From a virus (taxonomy: Duplodnaviria; Caudoviricetes), in the IMG/VR virus record IMGVR_UViG_3300012347_000137, positions 1-39,278 of that record: 39,278 bases of DNA. One strand, 5' to 3'. Below are positions 17,447 to 25,736 of this stretch, piece by piece; position 1 is the first letter of the stretch; every line of letters starts with the position of its first letter. Both the position numbers and the translations under genes were made by a program. Below the pieces are notes generated by a model. That model did not search any database. It worked only from the letters and a program-made list of their open reading frames with translations, and was not told the origin of the DNA.

Positions 17447-17892
17447 CACACAAACCCCTTGAGGTTGGGTGCGGTCCATCCTTCGGGCTTGCCAATTTTT
17501 CCGCCGGGCAAAATCACAGGCTTGCCGTCCACCAGTTTGGCGTCGTTGGATGCGAGCACGGCCAAGTCAGCGGCAGGCTTGTTGAATCCTGCAAAGTGAG
17601 CAACGCCGTTGCCAGTTACTTCACGGTCGCAAATTGCATCAAGCGCTTTTTCTCGGTTTTCGTCAGAAATGCAGGCATGAGATTGGCCAGCTTTTAATCT
17701 GGTAGCGATTGTCTTCAAGTTGTAAATTGCATTGCGAAGCAAGAATGCGTCGGCATGTCCATCAAGGTCTAGGATTTCCAAAAACTCCACGCCTTCTTCA
17801 ATGTCGCAACCAATTTGGAGTGACAAGTTATGTGCGCTTGGTTGTTTCCCACAGGCGGCAAGCCAGTTTGCGGTGCGTTCAAAGTTGCTCAT
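17446..17892 (-). CDS. MazG-like / all-alpha NTP pyrophosphohydrolase
   Basis: 148 aa from ATG 17892. IEEGVE, ALDAICD, SNDAK and GKIGKPEGW..PNL motifs. Confidence 0.8.
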   Translation of the reverse strand: MSNFERTANWLAACGKQPSAHNLSLQIGCDIEEGVEFLEILDLDGHADAFLLRNAIYNLKTIATRLKAGQSHACISDENREKALDAICDREVTGNGVAHFAGFNKPAADLAVLASNDAKLVDGKPVILPGGKIGKPEGWTAPNLKGFV

Positions 17893-17973
17893 TTTGTTTT
17901 TCTCGATTAGGCGGGCCACCAAGCTGACACTGTGCTCTGGCGAAATTGCCGACAGCCCGGTGGCCCTTAACAC

Positions 17974-18801
17974 TTACTGGCCTTTTTTGTATTCGCCCAA
18001 CAAGACGGGCAACGAATCTTTCAACTCGGCGCGTGTCAAGTCAGCCAGCTCATTGGCCATTTCTTCGTCGTGCACTTCTTGCTTGACGATTCGCAGCGTG
18101 ATGCTTGGTTTGTCACCACTGGTGAGCACACCAAGGCGCAGCACAAAGGTGCGCTCTGCCAACTCTTTGTATGGTTGGCAGGTGAAATAAATCACGGTTG
18201 GGATTGGCTCTTGGCTGGTGGCTTGCACCGATTCGAATGCGCTTTTGCTGGCGCTCAACGATTGCTCGCTGGCTTCAATCTTTCGGCTTGATTCGATGCT
18301 CAGTTTGCGCACGGCAGCGATTGCTTTGTTGCGCGTCACTTCGCCATCGTCGTTGTAGCACTTGGCGAACTCGGTCCAGTCTTCAAGAAATTCGGCCACG
18401 ATGGTTTGCGAGAGTGCGCGGCCTTGGGCCACGTTAAGCACGGCAGCATAAGCAGCGGTTTTCTTGAGCTGCAAGAATGCGCGGTTGTCAGCATGGCCGG
18501 GTTTGGCTGGGGTGCCAAGGTCGAGCACGGAAGTGGCCGACATTTCGCTGGCGTCAATGAACACCGTTGCGCCTTCTTCTTTGTGCGTGGTGGTGTACTC
18601 GGCAAAGTCTTTGAGCGTGTTGGTGCGCATAACACCGCGAGCGCGGCGACGTGCTGGCAAATATTCTTCAAGGTCTCGCTCGGTGAATCGCTCTGGCAGC
18701 ATCACCACGGCTTTGTCTTTGAATGCTTTGGCCACGGCTTCGCTCGATTGAGTGATGCCAGTGCCTTCGTTGATTGCGTCGATTGCTTCTTTGTTCAACA
18801 T
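17974..18801 (-). CDS. DUF2303 (YfdQ-like) protein
   Basis: 275 aa. DLEEYLPARRRARG, LGTPAKPGHADN, AEFLEDW, FTCQPY motifs. Confidence 0.8.
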   Translation of the reverse strand: MLNKEAIDAINEGTGITQSSEAVAKAFKDKAVVMLPERFTERDLEEYLPARRRARGVMRTNTLKDFAEYTTTHKEEGATVFIDASEMSATSVLDLGTPAKPGHADNRAFLQLKKTAAYAAVLNVAQGRALSQTIVAEFLEDWTEFAKCYNDDGEVTRNKAIAAVRKLSIESSRKIEASEQSLSASKSAFESVQATSQEPIPTVIYFTCQPYKELAERTFVLRLGVLTSGDKPSITLRIVKQEVHDEEMANELADLTRAELKDSLPVLLGEYKKGQ

Positions 18802-18823
18802 GGTTTTCTTTCAGAGTTGCGAC

Positions 18824-19180
18824 TTAGGCGATTTCGCCTTGCTTACCAAACAAAGGGGTTTGGGCAATGCTCATTGCGCCACCTTTGCCGACGTGCATGA
18901 CGGTTGAGGTTTCGATTTCTTCGCTTTGATTTCCCATTGAGGTTGGGTTGGCGAACTTGACACCGTGCACGATGCGCACTTGATGTGTGCCCGGAATCTT
19001 GAGCACTTCAAACGACACGGACACTTTGCCTTTGCGCTCATGGTCAACCACGGCAGCGGCAACGCGTGAGAGTGCGGTGGAGAGCATCACTTCAAATTGG
19101 CCACCATCCAAGTCGGTGATGAATTCGGCCACGTCAGTGGCGGCAGTTGATGGGCGAGAGGATTTTGGTTTGTCGGTCAT
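18824..19180 (-). CDS. YfdP-like partner of DUF2303
   Basis: 118 aa, TDVAEFITDLDGGQFE...MHVGKGG, directly upstream of DUF2303. Confidence 0.65.
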   Translation of the reverse strand: MTDKPKSSRPSTAATDVAEFITDLDGGQFEVMLSTALSRVAAAVVDHERKGKVSVSFEVLKIPGTHQVRIVHGVKFANPTSMGNQSEEIETSTVMHVGKGGAMSIAQTPLFGKQGEIA

Positions 19181-19195
19181 GGTCTTCTTTCTGAG

Positions 19196-19519
19196 TTACT
19201 GAATTTCCCAAAGGCTCACCGGGTTGCAATGCACCTTTGGGTCGGTGGCTGTTGTCCAGCCTTTCTTTACAATGAGCTTGGCGCGTGCTGCCTTGAGCAT
19301 CACGGCACCCCAAGCACGCTTGTCGGGTGGTGTGGGTAGCCCATGAAACTCAGCATGAGCGCGTACCAATTCGCTGGTGAGGTGTTCGCCACGGCCAAGT
19401 AAGTTGGCAAAACTCTTGAGAGCATCGAAGGCGTTTTCGGACCAGTTGGAGTGCACGCGGTCAGCGTGGTTGACGGCACGGGTGATGCCGTTGTCGCGCA
19501 GTGTTTGAGCTTCATTCAT
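19196..19519 (-). CDS. Conserved phage hypothetical protein
   Basis: 107 aa in the tight early operon. PPDKRAWGAV motif. Confidence 0.7.
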   Translation of the reverse strand: MNEAQTLRDNGITRAVNHADRVHSNWSENAFDALKSFANLLGRGEHLTSELVRAHAEFHGLPTPPDKRAWGAVMLKAARAKLIVKKGWTTATDPKVHCNPVSLWEIQ

Positions 19520-19533
19520 GGGCGTGTCTTTCG

Positions 19534-19989
19534 TTAAAACGGGATGTCGTCGTCCATGTCCTCAAAGCCGCGTGCTGGGGCTGCCGCTTGACGTTGAGGT
19601 GCTGGCGCTGGTTGTCGTTGTGCTGGTGCGTGCTCGCCACCTTGCGCGTTGTCGCGTCCACCCAAGAGTTGCAACTCAGTGGCCACGATGTCGCAGGTGT
19701 TCTTTTCAACGCCCGTTGTCTTGTCGGTGTAAACGCCATATTTCAAGCGTCCCTCGACATAGATTGGTCGGCCTTTTTTTACATACTCGCCAGCGATTTC
19801 CGCCAAGCGGTCGTAAAACGTGACGCGGTGCCATTGGGTGTCTTCAATGGTCTCGCCCGTGTTCTTGTCTTTGCGTCGGCTGGTAGTGGCCACACTGACA
19901 TTGGCCACGGCTTGGCCACTTGGCAGGTATCGCACTTCGGGGTCGCGGCCACAGTTGCCGACGATGATTACTTTGTTGACTGATGCCAT
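19534..19989 (-). CDS. ssb: Single-stranded DNA-binding protein
   Basis: MASVNKVIIVGN.GRDPE OB fold with C-terminal DDDIPF. Confidence 0.97.
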   Translation of the reverse strand: MASVNKVIIVGNCGRDPEVRYLPSGQAVANVSVATTSRRKDKNTGETIEDTQWHRVTFYDRLAEIAGEYVKKGRPIYVEGRLKYGVYTDKTTGVEKNTCDIVATELQLLGGRDNAQGGEHAPAQRQPAPAPQRQAAAPARGFEDMDDDIPF

Positions 19990-20001
19990 GATTTTTCTTT
20001 C

Positions 20002-20787
20002 TTATGCAGCGCGTGCGGCGATGCTTCGTTCTTCTTTGGCCAGCACGCCGGGGTAGAGCTGGCCCGCTTTCTTGAATGCGCGGGCTTGCGCACCCAAAAA
20101 CTTGGTATCTGCGGCGATGCACTCGACAGGGGCTTTGCCTTCGGCCACGGCCTTGACTAGCTCCATGAGGTCGGTGACTTCGGCGCTGAATGTCGAGCGG
20201 CTGCTAATGCCTGAGACCTTGGCAGGCGCTTCAACGGTTGGGGTGACGGTCACGACGTTGGCAGTCATGGCAGCCATTGCGGCTTGTTCTTGGGCATCCT
20301 GAGCGGCTTGCATGGCCTTGGCTGCGGCCTCGGTATCGCCAGCGTCAGCAGCGGCTTGCGCTTCGGCTTGCGCCTTGGCGGCAGCTTGGGCTTGCTCGCG
20401 CTCAATCTTGGCCAAGCGCTCGCGCTCGATGCGGGCTTCTTCGTCAGCCTTGCGGCGGGCTTCGGCTGCCAAACGCTCTTGCTCATTCGTGTAAGTCACC
20501 ATCGCACGCTTGAGCGTCGATTCGGCTTGGTCCAAATACTCTTTGGGGGCGCGGAACAAATCATTGATGGCCTTCACGGCTTGGTTGATTGGCCCAGTGA
20601 TGGCGGTGCGCTTTGCTTCGACATCCTTTTGCAGCGCCTTCACTTGCATGAGGTCTTCGCTGGCCAGCTCAAACATGGTGTGGCTGTCAATCACATAGTC
20701 TTTGGCATTGGTGAGTTGCTTTTGCGCTTCGGTCGTCAGCACGATTGCAGCGCTGGCGTCATAGGTCACGGTGTCAGTGGTTTTCAT
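20002..20787 (-). CDS. Coiled-coil recombination-module protein (Gam/Gp157-like)
   Basis: 261 aa, long helical coiled coil ending YPGV, between exonuclease and ssb. Confidence 0.5.
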   Translation of the reverse strand: MKTTDTVTYDASAAIVLTTEAQKQLTNAKDYVIDSHTMFELASEDLMQVKALQKDVEAKRTAITGPINQAVKAINDLFRAPKEYLDQAESTLKRAMVTYTNEQERLAAEARRKADEEARIERERLAKIEREQAQAAAKAQAEAQAAADAGDTEAAAKAMQAAQDAQEQAAMAAMTANVVTVTPTVEAPAKVSGISSRSTFSAEVTDLMELVKAVAEGKAPVECIAADTKFLGAQARAFKKAGQLYPGVLAKEERSIAARAA

Positions 20788-20797
20788 GGGGAGACTT

Positions 20798-21385
20798 TCA
20801 AAGGTTTGGGGTGATGCGGTGACGTGTGCACCAGTTGCGCACGGTCAAGAGAGAACAGAAAACAGGCCAGTCGGTTTGGTCCGTGTAGTGCTTGGCCACA
20901 TAAGTGCCGTCGCCTTTGAGCTGCACGGCCATGCGGTGAATGACAGGTTCTTCAAGTGCCTTGTCATAGGCGGCAAGTTGGGGGCCGACGCTTGGGTAAA
21001 GCTCAATCGAGCTTTTGATGTCGAGCAAAGTGCTCATGCCATCCACATAGCCATAGCGGTCCAACGTCCCGGCATAGCCAAGCGTTTTGTTGTGCACTTG
21101 CTTCTCGATGTGCACCCACTTGGCTGAGTGCTCAGTGGAGAACTTGCGCCACGCCATGAGGTAAGGCACAAGTGCGGGGTCGAGGGCAATGAGGTCAAGT
21201 TCGCCCAAGTCGTCCAGCTCGCACGCCTTGTGCACAGCAGTACCGAAGTCAGCGGCAGCTTGGAGAACGTGCGGCGGCACCATATCCAAGTTGGTCAATG
21301 GCTTGAGTACCGTTGTCACGCCGGGCACCACGTTTCCGTTGTAGCGGTAGGTGTGCGTGGCTTCGTCGAAAGTCAGCTCGCTCAT
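20798..21385 (-). CDS. PD-(D/E)XK exonuclease
   Basis: FDEATHTY, PGVTTVL, GTAVH, YAGTLD, LLDIKS and QLAAY motifs. Confidence 0.85.
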   Translation of the reverse strand: MSELTFDEATHTYRYNGNVVPGVTTVLKPLTNLDMVPPHVLQAAADFGTAVHKACELDDLGELDLIALDPALVPYLMAWRKFSTEHSAKWVHIEKQVHNKTLGYAGTLDRYGYVDGMSTLLDIKSSIELYPSVGPQLAAYDKALEEPVIHRMAVQLKGDGTYVAKHYTDQTDWPVFCSLLTVRNWCTRHRITPNL

Positions 21386-22113
21386 GCCAGCGCTGCCTTG
21401 ATTGCGTTGAACCCGGTTTTGCTCAAGCCGTCGAGCGTGTCGCCTTTGTCAAGGCCAGCGGCTTCGCGTGCTTGCGCAACCGTCATGCCTTTGTCCTTGA
21501 GCTTTTTGCCAAGGTAAGCAATTTCTCCGGTGGTTGCAGGCGCGTCGGTTTCTGTTGAAGTGGCTGGCGCTTCGGGCTTGTGTTCTTTTTCTTGTGTTTG
21601 ACGACGTTGTGGTTGTGTCACCGCTGGCTTTTGTCCAGCTTTGTCTTGTGGCGCTGCATTGCTTTCTTGTCCGTCGGCGTCCAAGTCATCGTCAGCCGCC
21701 ACGCCAAGCATTGCAGTCACCATGTAGCGGCGGAAATATGTAATTGCTGCGCCAAATGCTTTTGGGTCGCCTGCCATTTCACGCGCTGACGGAATGAGCA
21801 CTTCACTGGTGATGATTCCGCCACCAGCGTGCATGAGCCTACAAGTCAAAAGCGGGCCTTGTTGTCCGTGCTCGACGGTTTGAATCATTGACAAGCCATT
21901 TGACGCAAGCGCTGGCCGTGTCTTGGTGATGATTTCCTCAAGGTCGGCATATCGGAATTTGTAGCTATAACCAGACTTGGTTGTGATGGTGACTTCGCGG
22001 TTTTTTTCAATCGCGCTGAATTCGCCTTGTGCTTTTGCCAATGCGGCCATGAGGGCTGCGGAAGCGTTGTGCTGGTTGGCAGATGGTGTGATTTCGTTTT
22101 GTTGTTCAGTCAT
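21382..22113 (-). CDS. erf: ERF-family single-strand annealing protein
   Basis: ALAKAQGEF, YADLEEI, GAAITYFRRY...GVAADDDLD signature. Confidence 0.92.
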   Translation of the reverse strand: MTEQQNEITPSANQHNASAALMAALAKAQGEFSAIEKNREVTITTKSGYSYKFRYADLEEIITKTRPALASNGLSMIQTVEHGQQGPLLTCRLMHAGGGIITSEVLIPSAREMAGDPKAFGAAITYFRRYMVTAMLGVAADDDLDADGQESNAAPQDKAGQKPAVTQPQRRQTQEKEHKPEAPATSTETDAPATTGEIAYLGKKLKDKGMTVAQAREAAGLDKGDTLDGLSKTGFNAIKAALA

Positions 22114-22122
22114 GGTGTTGCC

Positions 22123-22329
22123 TTAGAAAATTGCGAGAGCCAGCGCCAGCACGCATACAGCGGCAATGGCAATGAGGGTTTTTGTTGGGGCGGTTATCCA
22201 GTCCCAAGGGCCAGTGATTTGCTCGGCTAAATCGAGCGCTTCTTGGTGGCCTTCAAGGTGGTAAATGCCGCAGGTGTAGGGCGTTGGACAGTTACCAACG
22301 TCATGCGAGCAGTTGCAACGCGGGTTCAT
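22123..22329 (-). CDS. Small Cys-rich membrane-anchored hypothetical protein
   Basis: 68 aa from ATG 22329 (ATGA-coupled). N-terminal Cys cluster and C-terminal TM. Confidence 0.55.
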   Translation of the reverse strand: MNPRCNCSHDVGNCPTPYTCGIYHLEGHQEALDLAEQITGPWDWITAPTKTLIAIAAVCVLALALAIF

Positions 22330-22622
22330 ATCGAGCTGCCAAGTTGGGTAGCTGGCACGCCATCGCTGGCTATGCAGCGCAAGTGGCCTTGCTCGCTCCA
22401 ACGGTGCGTGAAGCCGGGACCATTGAGGCGCACGCACAACTCAGTGGCAGCACGCTCGACGCGGGCTTCTTCTGCCGCCATGCGTGGCGCAAGTTCAATC
22501 TCTTGTTGATAGAGGCGTGCAGTTTCGATTTCGTCGGGGCCATCGAGCAAGTGAGAGCAGGCCAAAGACAAAGCCAGCAACGCGGCCAATATCCAGTTGA
22601 GTGCGGTTTGATTGATATTCAT
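22326..22622 (-). CDS. Hypothetical protein with N-terminal TM/signal segment
   Basis: 98 aa from ATG 22622 (ATGA-coupled). WILAALLALSLAC resembles a lipoprotein signal. Confidence 0.6.
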   Translation of the reverse strand: MNINQTALNWILAALLALSLACSHLLDGPDEIETARLYQQEIELAPRMAAEEARVERAATELCVRLNGPGFTHRWSEQGHLRCIASDGVPATQLGSSI

Positions 22623-22924
22623 TGCAGGCACTCGCTTTCCCAACGTGCCACGGCCAAGTCCAAATTGCTTTGGTCGGCTTCGATGCGGCAGTGCTTGCGG
22701 TACTCACGTTCGAGCGCTTGAACGACGACATCCGACAAGAGGTTGAAAATCTCTTTGCCTTCGACGTAAACGTGCCAGAGGTTTGAGGTCTCAGGCTCGA
22801 AGTAGCAAACCAGTTGGGCGTCGCTGTCGTGGTTGTCATCGGCCACATAGCGCTCAAGGTCCGGGTGGTGCGAAGCCAATGCCAGAGCGGCTTGTTGGCT
22901 TTCGATGTGCTGCAAGTTGTCCAT
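22619..22924 (-). CDS. First early-left hypothetical protein
   Basis: 101 aa, directly downstream of the OL/PL region. Confidence 0.65.
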   Translation of the reverse strand: MDNLQHIESQQAALALASHHPDLERYVADDNHDSDAQLVCYFEPETSNLWHVYVEGKEIFNLLSDVVVQALEREYRKHCRIEADQSNLDLAVARWESECLQ

Positions 22925-23016
22925 TTAAGTGCCCTTCAAATTCGTTGTGAATGAATGTTAGCACACTTAAAGCATGGATTGAAGCAAACTTAAATTTATT
23001 TTTAAGTAGGCGTAAA
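22924..23016. promoter_or_regulatory. OL/PL: four 16-bp operators (consensus TTTAAG-N4-CTTAAA)
   Basis: Sites at 22924-22939, 22956-22971, 22979-22994 and 23001-23016. AT-rich. Confidence 0.75.
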
Positions 23017-23036
23017 AAAACCCGCCGAAGCGGGTT
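23014..23036 (-). terminator. Terminator of the cI transcript
   Basis: Minus strand AACCCGC-TTCG-GCGGGTTTTTTT with a UUCG tetraloop. Confidence 0.9.
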
Positions 23037-23041
23037 GGTTT

Positions 23042-23054
23042 TAAGTTGTTGATT
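23042..23054 (-). promoter_or_regulatory. IHF site upstream of PL
   Basis: Reverse complement AATCAACAACTTA matches WATCAANNNNTTR. Confidence 0.6.
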
Positions 23055-23228
23055 TCAGTCGAGCGGTATGCCTTGGCGCTCGATGGCGGTCTCCACGGCT
23101 ATGGCTTTTGATGCGGCAAAGCGTGCCACCTTGTTGGCTTGTGCAAGCTCTTGTCTCAGTTGCCAATAGTCATAGGCGAACAAGCAAAAAGCCGCAGCGG
23201 CCAAGGTGAGTAATGCCGTGCGTTTCAT
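23055..23228 (-). CDS. 57-aa membrane protein co-transcribed with cI
   Basis: MKRTALLTLAAAAFCLFAYDYWQLRQELAQANKVARFAASKAIAVETAIERQGIPLD. Starts 2 nt after the cI stop and ends before the terminator. Below the ORF-track cutoff. Confidence 0.7.
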   Translation of the reverse strand: MKRTALLTLAAAAFCLFAYDYWQLRQELAQANKVARFAASKAIAVETAIERQGIPLD

Positions 23229-23230
23229 GC

Positions 23231-23887
23231 TTATTTCTTTCGGTATTTGCGGTGCTCAACCATTGTGCCAACCACTTTGATGTGCTGAATATCTGAGCGC
23301 ATCGAGGCGAAATCTTCATTGAGCGGTACCAGCTCAAAAACAGTGACGCCATGCTCATTCACGCCACGGGGTCGGTACTTCTTGAACGTGGCTTCTTCTT
23401 CGCTGTTCTTGGCCACCACAAAGTCACCGGGCAGCGGTGCCACCAGAGGGTCAATGATTACCCGGTCGCCTTCTTTGAACTCAGGCAACATCGAATCACC
23501 CTTGATTTGCAGAGCGAAGGCGTGGTCCGACAACTCCAAGTCGGTGAGTAGCCAGTCATCGGCATCACCCGGTTGGAAATTGTCAACGATGCCAGTCCAA
23601 CACCCGGCCTGCACATAGCTGATAAGGGGAATACGCACTGCGCCAATGGAAGAAGGCGCGACGTTTTGCGTGCTGGCCAACATTGGACCTTCACCAGTAA
23701 TAAGCCAGCTCGCACGCACTCCAGTGGCAGCCTCAAACTTGACCGCGCTATTGGCTCGCAAGTTCTTGGTTTTGCCCGATAGAAGCTGCGACACGGCACT
23801 GTCAGACAAGCCAGTGTCAGCCGCCACTTGCGTGGGGCTTTTCTTCGCTACGGCGAGCGCTTCGGCTATACGGTTTTTAAGTTCCAT
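23231..23887 (-). CDS. cI: CI-like repressor (HTH + S24 peptidase)
   Basis: N-terminal HTH, VQAG cleavage site, GDSM serine motif, TFKK lysine motif. Confidence 0.95.
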   Translation of the reverse strand: MELKNRIAEALAVAKKSPTQVAADTGLSDSAVSQLLSGKTKNLRANSAVKFEAATGVRASWLITGEGPMLASTQNVAPSSIGAVRIPLISYVQAGCWTGIVDNFQPGDADDWLLTDLELSDHAFALQIKGDSMLPEFKEGDRVIIDPLVAPLPGDFVVAKNSEEEATFKKYRPRGVNEHGVTVFELVPLNEDFASMRSDIQHIKVVGTMVEHRKYRKK

Positions 23888-23895
23888 GTCTGAGA

Positions 23896-24012
23896 CTTTA
23901 GCACACTAAAGATTTAAGTGTGTTGAAGTTTTCACCTTTTTTTTAAGTGCCCTTGAATTCTCATCTTAAATGTGCTTAAAATGTGTATCGTCAATAGTTA
24001 AGCACACTTTAG
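23896..24012. promoter_or_regulatory. OR/PR/PRM: five 16-bp operators
   Basis: Sites at 23896-23911 (CTTTAG-CACA-CTAAAG), 23913-23928, 23942-23957, 23965-23980 and 23997-24012. Same consensus as OL. Confidence 0.75.
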
Positions 24013-24023
24013 GTAATTTCAAG

Positions 24024-24227
24024 ATGGAAACAAAAAAAGCGATAGAACTGGCAGGGTCGGCGACCTTGTTGGCCTCCATGCTGGGAATCACAGACAGCGC
24101 GGTGAGCCAGTGGGGAAAAACAATTCCAGACAGCCGCGTGTGGCAACTTCGTGTGTTGCGCCCTGAGTGGTTCTTGGCCAAGCCAGCCGCGACGGGTAAG
24201 CGTGCCACGGACAAGGTGGCCGGATGA
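24024..24227 (+). CDS. cro: Cro-like repressor
   Basis: 67 aa from ATG 24024. AIELAGSATLLASMLGITDSAVSQWG HTH, divergent from cI. Confidence 0.9.
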   Translation: METKKAIELAGSATLLASMLGITDSAVSQWGKTIPDSRVWQLRVLRPEWFLAKPAATGKRATDKVAG

Positions 24228-25099
24228 ATTACTACCCGTTTCACATTGGCGATTACGCCAGCGCGACGCGGCACCTGAGCTGGGATGAAGACCTCGCATA
24301 CAGGCGTTTGCTTGACGTGTACTACACCAGCGAGAAGCCATTGCCGGAAGACCTGCGCCAAGTGTGCCGTTTGGTGTTGGCCACCACGGAAAGCCAGCGT
24401 GATGCCGTGCAAGTTGTCTTGGTCGAGTTCTTTGAGTTGACCGCAGAGGGTTGGACTAGCGCCCGCGCAGACGCCGAAATTGTGGCAATGCTGGAGAAGC
24501 AGCAAAAGCAACGCGACCGCGCAAACAAGCGTTGGAACAAGCCAAGTGGTGACGCTGGCAATGCAGTAACCGATGCCACGGCAATGCCACGGCATGAAGA
24601 AAAGGATGCCACGGCATCAAAAGCAGATGCCACGGCAATGCCACCAACACCAACACCAACACCAACACCAACACCAAATATAGATAAGAGCGCAAGCGCA
24701 CAGCGGGCCAAGCCCGCCGTTGTCACCCAACCCGAAGGCGTAAGCGATTCGGTTTGGCAAGATTTTTTGGCAGTACGAAAAGCCAACCGCGCACCGCTCA
24801 CACAAACCGCACTTGATGGAATTGCCAGAGAGGCAAGCAAAGCAGGCATCACGCTCGCGCAAGCCTTGTCGATTTGCTGCACCCGTGGCTGGCGCAGCTT
24901 CAACGCAAGTTGGAAGTGGCGCGACGAGGCCACTGAGCAAACCGGGGAAACGCCTTACCAGCGCTCGATGCGTGAGCGCGTGCAGCAAATGGCACCTGCC
25001 ATTGCAAGCCGTTCGCACTTGCGTGCCATGCCTGCCGTTCAATTTTTTGAAGGCCAAGCCATCGAGGTTGAAGCCAAGCAACTGGGGATGGAGCCATGA
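24224..25099 (+). CDS. Replication initiator (YdaU/DUF1376 N-terminus)
   Basis: MNYYPFHIGDY...AYRRLLDVYY, Pro-Thr linker, C-terminal WQDFLAVRK domain, internal iterons. Confidence 0.85.
   Translation: MNYYPFHIGDYASATRHLSWDEDLAYRRLLDVYYTSEKPLPEDLRQVCRLVLATTESQRDAVQVVLVEFFELTAEGWTSARADAEIVAMLEKQQKQRDRANKRWNKPSGDAGNAVTDATAMPRHEEKDATASKADATAMPPTPTPTPTPTPNIDKSASAQRAKPAVVTQPEGVSDSVWQDFLAVRKANRAPLTQTALDGIAREASKAGITLAQALSICCTRGWRSFNASWKWRDEATEQTGETPYQRSMRERVQQMAPAIASRSHLRAMPAVQFFEGQAIEVEAKQLGMEP
24573..24677. repeat. Iterons (putative replication origin) plus CCAACA hexamer run
   Basis: ATGCCACGGCA at 24573, 24584, 24606 and 24627, partial copy at 24638, then (CCAACA)n encoding the PT linker. Confidence 0.75.
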
Positions 25100-25443
25100 G
25101 TTTGCCAATGCTTTGGGTGGACAAGATTTTCACCAAATTGGGTTTGGTTTATGGCCGGGCGCTGTTGTCGCAGTACGAGGGCTTTGACATTGACGACGTG
25201 AAAGCTGATTGGGCGCATGAGCTGGCTGGGTACGAGAACCACCCCGAATCAATCGCCTTTGCGCTGCAAAACCTGCCGATTGACCGCCCGCCAAACGTCC
25301 TGCAATTCCGTGCGATGTGTCGCAGAGCGCCGCCGCCCGTGTTCAAAGCGTTGCCAACGCCTGAGCCAACACCAGAACAACGCGCAAAGGTTCGCCAAAT
25401 GATTGATGGCCTGCGCAAAAAAATGACAGCGGGGGGCATGTGA
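25096..25443 (+). CDS. Putative helicase loader / replication accessory protein
   Basis: 115 aa, ATGA-coupled to the initiator. PPNVLQFRAMC motif. Confidence 0.55.
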   Translation: MSLPMLWVDKIFTKLGLVYGRALLSQYEGFDIDDVKADWAHELAGYENHPESIAFALQNLPIDRPPNVLQFRAMCRRAPPPVFKALPTPEPTPEQRAKVRQMIDGLRKKMTAGGM

Positions 25444-25736
25444 CATGCGAAGTTGCAACGAACTTGGGTTGTGCCAGTCCCGCGAATGCTTCGACTGCCT
25501 GCCCGGCCTGCGAATCATCGAAGACACGGCCAAACAGTGGGGTCTACCACTTCACATGCGTGCATTGCTGCGCCCGGCTGGTGCTCAGTGCGCACCCGGA
25601 CAAGCGCCAAGCATCCGCCATGCTGGCCGCGATTGCGAGATTTCGGGAAAGCCCTTCGCGGGCCGACGTGTTGGAGTGCGTGCGCCAACACCTGACGAAA
25701 CCCCCCTCAGCAGCGAAGAAGTCCTCATCGGAATGA
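25440..25736 (+). CDS. Cys-rich hypothetical protein (frame A)
   Basis: GTGA-coupled to the upstream stop. CPAC...YHFTCVHCCARL. Confidence 0.5.
   Translation: MTCEVATNLGCASPANASTACPACESSKTRPNSGVYHFTCVHCCARLVLSAHPDKRQASAMLAAIARFRESPSRADVLECVRQHLTKPPSAAKKSSSE

Noticed and set aside
20798-21385. Cas4 / CRISPR-associated function
   Set aside because: No Fe-S cysteine cluster and no repeat-spacer array. Context beside ERF and SSB indicates a recombination exonuclease.
23170-23358. 62-aa minus-strand ORF overlapping the cI 3' end
   Set aside because: Out-of-frame overlap with cI. The 23055-23228 ORF fits the space and coupling better.
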